From Eubacteriales bacterium (lineage in GTDB: Bacteria > Bacillota > Clostridia > Oscillospirales > QAKW01): 64,000 nt of DNA. Shown here in pieces: positions 56,690 through 64,000 of this stretch. Each line of letters begins with the position of its first letter. Within the stretch, counting starts at the first letter, position 1. A model generated the notes under the pieces. The model saw nothing but the letters and a program-made list of their open reading frames with translations. It ran no database searches and was not told where the DNA came from. A program made the translations under genes and the position numbers. The stretch lies in NCBI GenBank assembly GCA_045546895.1, contig JAZQDS010000040.1:9396-73395 (forward strand), in the 5' to 3' direction.

Positions 56690-57184
56690 ATGAGCAACAA
56701 AAGCCCCGTTCCTTTCAAGGGAACAAAAGAGCAAGAGAAGCAGCTCCTTGAAGTTATTGCAAAGCACAAAGATCAAGATGGTCCTTTGATGCCCGTACTT
56801 CAGGAAGCTCAGGAAATCTATGGTTATCTGCCCATCGAAGTGCAGAAAATCATTTCCGAAGGTCTGGATATCTCTTTAGAGCATATCTATGGAGTTGTTA
56901 CCTTCTATGCGCAGTTTTCGCTGGCCCCCAAGGGTGAGTATAAGATCGGCGTATGCTTGGGTACCGCCTGCTATGTTAAGGGATCCGGCGATATTTTGAA
57001 TAAGATCAAGGAAATCATCGGTATCGATGTTGGCGAATGCACCCCCGATGGTAAGTTCTCCCTTGAGGCTACCCGCTGCATCGGTGCTTGCGGTTTGGCG
57101 CCTGTTATGACAATCAACGAGGATGTTTACGGCCGCTTGGTTGTTGGTGATATTCCCGATATTTTGAAAAAGTATATGGACTAA
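56690..57184 (+). CDS. hydC: NuoE-like [2Fe-2S] subunit of bifurcating-type [FeFe]-hydrogenase (HydC)
   Basis: 164 aa. CLGTACYVKG ... CIGACGLAPVM is the thioredoxin-like 2Fe-2S motif. AAGGAGG RBS. Confidence 0.9.
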   Translation: MSNKSPVPFKGTKEQEKQLLEVIAKHKDQDGPLMPVLQEAQEIYGYLPIEVQKIISEGLDISLEHIYGVVTFYAQFSLAPKGEYKIGVCLGTACYVKGSGDILNKIKEIIGIDVGECTPDGKFSLEATRCIGACGLAPVMTINEDVYGRLVVGDIPDILKKYMD

Positions 57185-57190
57185 TTGTCC

Positions 57191-57742
57191 ATGAAAGAAT
57201 TATCACTTAATATTCTGGATATCACCTATAATTCCATCAAAGCGCAAGCAACGCGTATTGAAATATCAATAAGCGAATGCAAAGCGAAAAATTTGGTGGA
57301 AATAAAAATCACGGATGATGGCTGCGGAATGGACGAAAAATTTTTGCAGCAGGTAACAGATCCTTTTGTTACCACCCGAACAACCCGAAAAGTAGGTCTT
57401 GGAATTCCGCTTTTTAAGCAAAGCGCGGAGGATACCGGCGGTGAATTTATAATCGCATCAAAAGTAGGGGAGGGGACATCCGTTTATGCATCCTTTGGCC
57501 TTGATCATTTGGATCGTGCGCCGATCGGCGATATGAGCAGTACGCTGATCAGCTTGATTCAGGCAAATGATGGAATTCGCTTCATCTATCGCCATAAAAC
57601 AGATCGAGGAGAATTTATATTGGATACAGATGAGCTGCATGCTCAATTGGGGGATATTCCTCTTTCAGAGCCGGCTGTTTTGGGCTGGATATCTGAATAT
57701 ATTAATGAAAATCTGGACGAAATACAAGGAGGAAAAATATAA
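57191..57742 (+). CDS. Stand-alone GHKL (histidine-kinase-like) ATPase embedded in the hydrogenase operon
   Basis: N-box LNILDITYNSIKA, G1 DDGCGM, G2 GLGIPL..GG.F...S..GEGT. No HisKA, sensor or TM domain. It is followed by about 75 aa of unknown function. Start at ATG 57191 (TTG 57185 is the alternative). Confidence 0.7.
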   Translation: MKELSLNILDITYNSIKAQATRIEISISECKAKNLVEIKITDDGCGMDEKFLQQVTDPFVTTRTTRKVGLGIPLFKQSAEDTGGEFIIASKVGEGTSVYASFGLDHLDRAPIGDMSSTLISLIQANDGIRFIYRHKTDRGEFILDTDELHAQLGDIPLSEPAVLGWISEYINENLDEIQGGKI

Positions 57743-58116
57743 TGAAATCTTTAGCTGAATTGCAAGCAATTAAAGAAAAAATGCAGAACAAGGTAAATCT
57801 GCGTGCTTCCGATGATGAAAATACAATTCGCGTTGTTGTTGGTATGGCGACCTGCGGTATCGCTGCCGGCGCTCGCCCCGTTCTCAATGCTTTTTTGAAG
57901 GAAATTGAGGATCGCCGCCTTGCAAATGTTATCTGCACTCAGACCGGCTGTATCGGTATTTGCCAATATGAGCCTGTTGTTGAAATCCATACTCCCAATG
58001 GTGAGAAGGTTACTTATGTAAAGATGGATGAAGACAAGGTTGCAAAGGTCGTTACCGAGCATTTGGTTAACGGCAAGGTGGTTGAGGACTTTACCATCGG
58101 CGCTTATCAGAAATAA
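57742..58116 (+). CDS. Thioredoxin-like [2Fe-2S] ferredoxin-domain protein (HydD-like)
   Basis: 124 aa. ..VVVGMATCGIAAGA.. and ..QTGCIGICQYEPVV.. are 2Fe-2S Cys pairs. TAATG overlap with the upstream gene. Confidence 0.8.
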   Translation: MKSLAELQAIKEKMQNKVNLRASDDENTIRVVVGMATCGIAAGARPVLNAFLKEIEDRRLANVICTQTGCIGICQYEPVVEIHTPNGEKVTYVKMDEDKVAKVVTEHLVNGKVVEDFTIGAYQK

Positions 58117-58130
58117 GGGGGAAATAAAAA

Positions 58131-59924
58131 ATGATTAGAAACCATATTTTGATCTGTGGTGGTACCGGTTGTACCTCTTCCGGTTCCTTATCCATCATGG
58201 AGGCTTTTAATACTGAACTGGAAAAGAATAATCTTCAGGATGAAGTAAAGGTTGTTATGACCGGTTGCTTTGGTCTTTGCGCACTTGGTCCTATCGTTAT
58301 TGTTTATCCCGAAGGCTCCTTTTATAGCCGCATCGATGCTGATGCAGTTACTGAAATCGTTTCTGAACATATTATTAAGGGCCGTATTGTTAAGAAATAT
58401 CTTTACAGTGAAGTGGCTGCTATGGAAGAGCAGGGTGTTCATGCTTCCTTGAACGATACCAACTTCTATAAAAAGCAAAAGCGTGTTGCCCTGCGCAATT
58501 GCGGTGTTATCAATCCTGAATTGATCGATGAATATATCGCTTATGATGGTTATCAGGCATTGGGTAAGGTACTTACCGAGATGACTCCTGCTGATGTTAT
58601 TCAGTGCATTAAGGATTCCGGCTTGCGCGGTCGTGGCGGCGGCGGTTTCCCCACCGGCCTGAAATGGGATCTCGCATCCCGCACCAAGGCGGATGTTAAG
58701 TATGTTTGCTGCAACGCCGATGAAGGGGATCCGGGCGCATTTATGGATCGTTCCATCCTTGAGGGTGATCCCCATGCTGTTATCGAAGCTATGGCGATTG
58801 CTGCTTATGCGGTTGGCGCTTGCAAAGGCTTTGTTTACATTCGTGCGGAGTATCCTATCGCAGTTCGCCGCTTGCAGATTGCAATTGATCAGGCGCGTGA
58901 ATACGGGCTTTTGGGCGATAACATTTTTGATACCGGCTTTAAATTTGATATGGAAATCCGTTTGGGAGCAGGCGCATTCGTTTGCGGCGAGGAAACTGCT
59001 TTGATGACTTCTATCGAAGGCAATCGCGGCGAACCCCGTCCTCGTCCTCCTTTCCCCTCCGAGAAAGGTATTTTCGGCATTCCTACCATGAACTGCAATG
59101 TTGAAACCTATGCCAATATTCCTCAGATCCTGCTGAATGGTGCTGAATGGTTTAGCTCCATGGGTACTGAGAAATCCAAGGGTACCAAGGTATTTGCTTT
59201 GGGCGGTAAGATTACCAATACCGGTCTTGTTGAGATTCCTATGGGTACTACTCTGCGTGAGGTTATCGAGGATATCGGCGGTGGCATTCCCAACGGTAAG
59301 AAATTCAAGGCTGCGCAGACCGGCGGTCCTTCCGGCGGCTGTATCCCCGCATCCTTAATTGATACTCCGATCGACTATGATAATTTGATTGCTATTGGTT
59401 CTATGATGGGCTCCGGTGGTCTGATTGTTATGGACGAAGATAACTGCATGGTTGATATCGCCAAGTTCTTCTTGGAGTTTACGGTTGATGAATCCTGCGG
59501 TAAGTGTACTCCCTGCCGTATCGGTACCAAGAGAATGCTGGAGTATTTGGATAAGATTACTTCCGGCAAGGCTACTCTGAAGGATCTTGATGAATTGGAA
59601 GAGCTCTGCTATTATATCAAAGCAAACTCTCTTTGCGGTCTGGGCCAGACTGCACCGAACCCTGTTCTTTCCACCTTGCGTTATTTCAGAGATGAATATG
59701 AGGCTCACGTTGATGAGAAGCGTTGCCCCGCAGGCGTATGTAAGGATCTGATGCGTTATGAAATTACCGATGCATGTAAAGGCTGCACCCTTTGCGCTCG
59801 TAATTGCCCCGTTAATGCGATTGAAGGTACTGTTAAGAACCTGCATACCATCGATCAGGATAAGTGCATTAAGTGCGGCGTATGTATCAGCAAGTGTAAG
59901 TTTAATGCGATCGTACGGAAGTAA
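58131..59924 (+). CDS. hydB: NuoF-like FMN/NAD(H)-binding subunit of bifurcating-type [FeFe]-hydrogenase (HydB)
   Basis: 597 aa with N-terminal 2Fe-2S (CGGTGC..GCFGLCALGP), GRGGGGFPTG (FMN), ESCGKCTPCRIG (N3-type 4Fe-4S), and a C-terminal 2x[4Fe-4S] (CKGCTLCARNCP, CIKCGVCISKC). Confidence 0.93.
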   Translation: MIRNHILICGGTGCTSSGSLSIMEAFNTELEKNNLQDEVKVVMTGCFGLCALGPIVIVYPEGSFYSRIDADAVTEIVSEHIIKGRIVKKYLYSEVAAMEEQGVHASLNDTNFYKKQKRVALRNCGVINPELIDEYIAYDGYQALGKVLTEMTPADVIQCIKDSGLRGRGGGGFPTGLKWDLASRTKADVKYVCCNADEGDPGAFMDRSILEGDPHAVIEAMAIAAYAVGACKGFVYIRAEYPIAVRRLQIAIDQAREYGLLGDNIFDTGFKFDMEIRLGAGAFVCGEETALMTSIEGNRGEPRPRPPFPSEKGIFGIPTMNCNVETYANIPQILLNGAEWFSSMGTEKSKGTKVFALGGKITNTGLVEIPMGTTLREVIEDIGGGIPNGKKFKAAQTGGPSGGCIPASLIDTPIDYDNLIAIGSMMGSGGLIVMDEDNCMVDIAKFFLEFTVDESCGKCTPCRIGTKRMLEYLDKITSGKATLKDLDELEELCYYIKANSLCGLGQTAPNPVLSTLRYFRDEYEAHVDEKRCPAGVCKDLMRYEITDACKGCTLCARNCPVNAIEGTVKNLHTIDQDKCIKCGVCISKCKFNAIVRK

Positions 59925-59938
59925 GGGAGGATATTAAA

Positions 59939-61696
59939 ATGCAAATGGTTAATTTAAAAATTGATGGCACTCCGATCAGCGTACCTGCCGGTACTACGAT
60001 TTTGGAAGCTGCCAGACAACTGAATATTGATATTCCTACTCTCTGCTATATGAAAGAAATCAATGCAATCGGCGCTTGCCGTATCTGTGTTGTTGAAAAC
60101 AGAGTAAACGGCGCAGGTCGCTTGGTTGCAGGCTGCGTCTTCCCTGTTGCAGAGGGAATGGAAATTTATACCCATAGCCCTATGGTTTTGAAGGCGAGAA
60201 AGCAGACCTTGGAATTGATTCTTTCCAATCATGATAAGAAGTGCTTGTCTTGCGTTCGTTCCGGTGATTGCGAGCTGCAGCGTCTTTGCAACGAATATGG
60301 CGTTGATAAGGAAGATGCTTTTGACGGTGAAATGAATCATTATGATATTGATTATTCCGCGGCTCATATGTATCGCGATAATAATAAGTGCATTCTTTGC
60401 CGTCGTTGCGTTGCAGTTTGCGAAAAACTGCAGGGTGTGTCTGTTTTGGGCGCAAACGAAAGAGGTTTCGCTACTCATATCGGATCTGCCTTTGATGATG
60501 GGCTTGCGCTGACCTCCTGCGTATCTTGCGGTCAGTGTATTGTTGCTTGCCCCACCGGCGCATTGTCTGAAAAGGATGATACCGATAAGGTTTGGGAGGC
60601 CCTTGCTGATCCTACCAAGCATGTTGTTGTTCAGGTTGCTCCTTCTATCCGTGTTACTTTGGGTGAGGCATTTGATATGCCGATCGGCACCAATGTTGAA
60701 GGCAAGATGATTACCGCGCTGAAGAAATTGGGCTTTGATAAGGTATTTGACACTAATTTTGCTGCTGACCTTACCATTATGGAAGAATCTAATGAGTTAA
60801 TTGAGCGTGTTCAAAATGGCGGCGCGCTGCCGATGATCACTTCTTGCTCTCCCGGCTGGATCAAATTCTGCGAATATAATTTCCCTGATATGATCCCGCA
60901 TCTCTCTTCCTGCAAGTCTCCTCAGCAGATGTTTGGTGCTTTGGTTAAGACCTACTATGCCGAGAAGAATAATATTGATCCCAAGGACATTGTTAGCGTA
61001 TCTGTTATGCCCTGTACTGCTAAGAAGTTTGAGATCGGCCGCGATGATCAGGCTGCTGCCGGCGTTGCTGATGTTGATATTGCAATCACAACGCGTGAGC
61101 TTGCAAGAATGATCAAGAGAGCGGGCTTGTTCTTCACCAAGCTGGAAGATGGCGAATTTGATACCCCGCTGGGCATCGGCTCCGGTGCAGGCTTGATCTT
61201 CGGTGCTACCGGCGGTGTTATGGAGGCTGCGCTTCGTACTGCGGTTGAGAAGCTGACCGGCGAGGAACTCGGTAAGTTGGAATTTACCGATGTTCGCGGT
61301 ACTGAAGGCATCAAAGAAGCTGCTTATAAGGTTGGCGATCTTGAGGTTAAGGTTGCGGTTTGCTCCGGCCTCGCAAATGCGAAGGAGCTGCTTAAGAAGG
61401 TTCAGGCCGGCGAAGCGGATTATACCTTCATCGAGATCATGGGTTGCCCCGGCGGCTGCGTAAACGGCGGTGGCCAGCCCCATCAGCCCGCATCTGTTCG
61501 CAATTTTGAGGATCTGCGTGCTATGCGTGCAAAGGCTCTTTATGATACCGATGCTGCTATGGAACTGCGTAAGTCCCATGAAAATCCGATGATCAAGAAG
61601 CTCTACGATGAGTATCTTGAAAAGCCCGGTAGCCATAAGGCTCATAAATTGCTGCATACCTCTTATGTTGCAAGAAATCGTTTCGGCGATCAGTAA
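59939..61696 (+). CDS. hydA: [FeFe]-hydrogenase catalytic subunit (M3 architecture, HydA)
   Basis: 585 aa with N-terminal 2Fe-2S, a His-ligated 4Fe-4S region (HDKKCLSCVRSGDCELQ) and 2x[4Fe-4S]. H-cluster motifs are ITSCSPGW (variant L1), VMPCTAKKFE (L2) and EIMGCPGGCVNGGGQP (L3). Confidence 0.95.
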   Translation: MQMVNLKIDGTPISVPAGTTILEAARQLNIDIPTLCYMKEINAIGACRICVVENRVNGAGRLVAGCVFPVAEGMEIYTHSPMVLKARKQTLELILSNHDKKCLSCVRSGDCELQRLCNEYGVDKEDAFDGEMNHYDIDYSAAHMYRDNNKCILCRRCVAVCEKLQGVSVLGANERGFATHIGSAFDDGLALTSCVSCGQCIVACPTGALSEKDDTDKVWEALADPTKHVVVQVAPSIRVTLGEAFDMPIGTNVEGKMITALKKLGFDKVFDTNFAADLTIMEESNELIERVQNGGALPMITSCSPGWIKFCEYNFPDMIPHLSSCKSPQQMFGALVKTYYAEKNNIDPKDIVSVSVMPCTAKKFEIGRDDQAAAGVADVDIAITTRELARMIKRAGLFFTKLEDGEFDTPLGIGSGAGLIFGATGGVMEAALRTAVEKLTGEELGKLEFTDVRGTEGIKEAAYKVGDLEVKVAVCSGLANAKELLKKVQAGEADYTFIEIMGCPGGCVNGGGQPHQPASVRNFEDLRAMRAKALYDTDAAMELRKSHENPMIKKLYDEYLEKPGSHKAHKLLHTSYVARNRFGDQ

Positions 61697-61706
61697 TTGA
61701 TAGATA

Positions 61707-61750
61707 CCCCTGCAATGCTTGCATTGCAGGGGTTATTTACAGTTTTTTTA
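61707..61750 (+). terminator. Intrinsic terminator after hydA
   Basis: CCCCTGCAATGC-tt-GCATTGCAGGGG followed by a T-rich tail. Confidence 0.7.
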
Positions 61751-61827
61751 CGAAATAGATATTCACAAACTGTTGTTTATAGTGTATAATATATTCATTG
61801 TAAAATATATATGGAGGTTCTTATCCT

Positions 61828-63369
61828 ATGGGAAAAGGTCAAAGGGTGCGTGCAGGGCGTGCCGCAGAAAAAGAAGCTAAGAAGGTAGCTGCCGCTAAAG
61901 CTGCTCAAAAGCAAAAAGTAACCAGACTCATTGCGTTGGTTTCCGTTATCGTTGTTGCGATCGGTATTGTTGGCGGATTTGCATTTACCAATATTCGGAG
62001 TGCCGCTATCAAGCGTGGAGATCCGCAAAGAAAAACAATTGTTTTGGAATCGGATAATTATAAGGTCGATGCTGCAATGATGTCTTATTATTTCTATTCG
62101 CAGTATAATAACTTTGCCAATACCTATTCCTCTATGCTTTCATCGCTCGGTTTGGATACTTCCAAGAGCTTGAAATCGCAGGAATGTGCAATTCAAAGCG
62201 GCTTGACATGGTATGATTATTTTGCCGATATGGCCGGTGAGTCCGCAAAGGAATATCTGTATCTTGCTGAAAATGCAGTAAAAGCCGGCTTGAAGCTGGA
62301 TGATAAAGATCAGGAAAATATTGATAAAACCATTGATAGCTATGAAGAAGTTGCTAAAGAGCAAAAAATGAAATTGAAGGATTTCATTCCTGCTGCCTTC
62401 GGCACCGGTGTAAATGAAGGCGATGTTCGTAAATGTTTAGAGCTTGCAACAATTTCTGATAAGTATTATCAAAAGTTTTATGATGAGCTAAAATATACCG
62501 ATAAGGATATCGATGCTTTTTATAAGAAGAATATTGATACCTATCGTTATGTTGACTATTATTCCTATAGTGTAGCTGCTGAGGATACGGAGGATAAGGC
62601 AACCTATGCCGATGCCAAGAAGGCGGCTGAAAAGCTTGCTGCTGTAAGCAGCACAAAGGCCTTTGAAAATTGGGTGGCTGAGGATGTTGAGAGCAATGCC
62701 TCTATTACCAAGGATTATACCGAGAAGGATTTGGAAGAGGATATTGACGAAGCGGTTGATTCCGCAAAATATACCAATATGACCTTTACCGAAGGGAATA
62801 AGGCCTCCGAATGGTTGTTTGAAAAGGCAAAGGTTGGTGACACCTATATTGATGACGACGGCAAGGGTACCTATACGGTTTATTACTGCACCGCAACGCC
62901 TCATCGCGATGAGAGCCTTACCAGAACGATCCGAAATATCGTTTTAACCAACGAAAGTCATGAAGATAAAGAAACCTGCAAGAAAACAGCGGTAAATCTT
63001 TTGGCCGAAATGAAGAAGGCGGGCCTGACCGAGGAAACCTTCAATAAATATGCGCTTGAATACAGCGAGAATACCGCCAATTATACCGATGGCGGTCTTT
63101 GCGAAAACTATAAGCAGAGCGCTTTTGAGGAGCATATGGGCGAATGGGCATACGATGATGAGCGTAAGGCCGGCGATTTTGAGGTTGTTGAATATGATGA
63201 CGGCTATGCCCTTTGCTACTATATTGGTGAAGGGATTGCTGCTTGGAAATCCGATTGTATTGCGGATAAAAAAGCGGAAGACTATGCAGCCGCTGCTGAG
63301 AAATGGAAAAAAGATATTGCCGTTACTGAAAACGAAAATGGCTATAAGAAAATTCCCGATATTCGCTGA
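61828..63369 (+). CDS. Membrane-anchored PrsA/SurA-like protein with a degenerate parvulin-type PPIase-like C-terminal domain
   Basis: 513 aa with a basic N-terminus plus a single TM (LIALVSVIVVAIGIVGGFAF). The C-terminal ..IRNIVLTNE..LLAEMKKAGLTEETFNKYALEYSENT..DGGL..EHMGEWAY...GDFEVVEYDDGYALCYY has parvulin-like spacing. The assignment is tentative. Confidence 0.45.
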   Translation: MGKGQRVRAGRAAEKEAKKVAAAKAAQKQKVTRLIALVSVIVVAIGIVGGFAFTNIRSAAIKRGDPQRKTIVLESDNYKVDAAMMSYYFYSQYNNFANTYSSMLSSLGLDTSKSLKSQECAIQSGLTWYDYFADMAGESAKEYLYLAENAVKAGLKLDDKDQENIDKTIDSYEEVAKEQKMKLKDFIPAAFGTGVNEGDVRKCLELATISDKYYQKFYDELKYTDKDIDAFYKKNIDTYRYVDYYSYSVAAEDTEDKATYADAKKAAEKLAAVSSTKAFENWVAEDVESNASITKDYTEKDLEEDIDEAVDSAKYTNMTFTEGNKASEWLFEKAKVGDTYIDDDGKGTYTVYYCTATPHRDESLTRTIRNIVLTNESHEDKETCKKTAVNLLAEMKKAGLTEETFNKYALEYSENTANYTDGGLCENYKQSAFEEHMGEWAYDDERKAGDFEVVEYDDGYALCYYIGEGIAAWKSDCIADKKAEDYAAAAEKWKKDIAVTENENGYKKIPDIR

Positions 63370-63373
63370 AAAT

Positions 63374-63403
63374 AAAAAAATCCCCCTGATGGGGGATTTT
63401 TTT
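63374..63403. terminator. Bidirectional terminator between convergent genes
   Basis: AAAAAAATCCCCC-tgat-GGGGGATTTTTTT. Confidence 0.8.
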
Positions 63404-64000
63404 ATTTTTCCATCTGCCATTTGAGTTGGCGAACTAATGCGGGAGATTGGCAATCGTCATGGGAATAAAATACGGTTGCAAGGGTTCCGTCATTTAATTC
63501 AACGGTACAAGGATAACCAATATCCTCGGAAACATCGGATAAATGCAGGCAATGGTCAATATCCCAAGTTTCGCCCAGATCGTTGCTAAACATGGCATAA
63601 ATGCCGATGGGATCGTGGCGGCGGGCATAGCTGCAAATGAGCGTTCCGGAGGAATGAACTAAAAGATGGGCAGGAGCGCCGCCCAAATTATCTAAAATCT
63701 GAACCGGTTTGCTCCAAGTAACGCCGTTATCATAAGAACGAGATTGATAAAGGGTGAAAAGTTTAGAGGAGAGATCCCCTCCACGCTGAGCACGAATATG
63801 GCAAAGGATACTGCCATCGCTTAATTGAACAGCATGCGGTTCGCAAACTCCAATTTCATTATCGGTCAAAAAATTTGTGTCAATTTTTCCTTGTGGCGCC
63901 ATTTCGCCGCTTTGAGGATCAATGGTATAGCAAAGTATTTCTTGCACTTCATCGCAATAGTTTAAATGTTTTGCTCCAACCCAAAGGATGGTACCATCCT
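63402..64000 (-). CDS. BNR/Asp-box repeat (sialidase-like beta-propeller) protein, C-terminal part (5' end beyond the window)
   Basis: Asp-box motifs SYDNGVTWS and SNDLGETWD. The frame stays open upstream of the ORF-track GTG at 63947 to the window end (..DGTILWVGAKHLNYCDEV..). Confidence 0.7.
   Translation of the reverse strand, partial: DGTILWVGAKHLNYCDEVQEILCYTIDPQSGEMAPQGKIDTNFLTDNEIGVCEPHAVQLSDGSILCHIRAQRGGDLSSKLFTLYQSRSYDNGVTWSKPVQILDNLGGAPAHLLVHSSGTLICSYARRHDPIGIYAMFSNDLGETWDIDHCLHLSDVSEDIGYPCTVELNDGTLATVFYSHDDCQSPALVRQLKWQMEK

Overview
This window is 64 kb of core chromosome from a moderately AT-rich, endospore-forming Firmicute. The Clostridia-like assignment rests on conserved neighbourhoods: rph-rdgB, yhbY-nadD/yqeK-rsfS-leuS, lon-engB, scpA-scpB-ytfJ-dacB-rluB, recJ-relA-dtd, rpmG-secE-nusG-rplKAJL and serCA, plus spoVM, a SipL/SpoVID-like LysM protein and a gerA-type receptor. 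I call about 72 protein genes, nearly all on the + strand and many translationally coupled through ATGA/TAATG overlaps. There are also 2 tRNAs, a probable yybP-ykoY (Mn2+) riboswitch, a probable L10 leader, and several sigma-A-like promoters and intrinsic terminators. I saw no rRNA, CRISPR array, IS/transposon, integrase or prophage signal. All homology calls come from motifs I recognise in the supplied translations; no search was run. The most interesting region is 53.4-61.7 kb. It holds an electron-bifurcating-type [FeFe]-hydrogenase operon (hydC, orphan GHKL ATPase, 2Fe-2S ferredoxin, hydB, hydA). Directly upstream is a compact five-gene cassette: DRTGG protein, RsbW-sized GHKL kinase-like protein, HydS-like sensory [FeFe]-hydrogenase homologue, second DRTGG protein, PHP phosphoesterase. 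This cassette has no recognisable DNA-binding, sigma, STAS, PAS or receiver output domain and is a candidate uncharacterised H2/redox-sensing signalling system. Secondary points: HydA carries TSCSPGW instead of the canonical TSCCPxW H-cluster motif; the germinant-receptor operon is A-C-B ordered and shortened; a GHL10 domain is fused to an Amidase_3 domain in one lipoprotein; nadD and yqeK are fused; and two real genes below the ORF-track cutoff were found (spoVM, rpmG).
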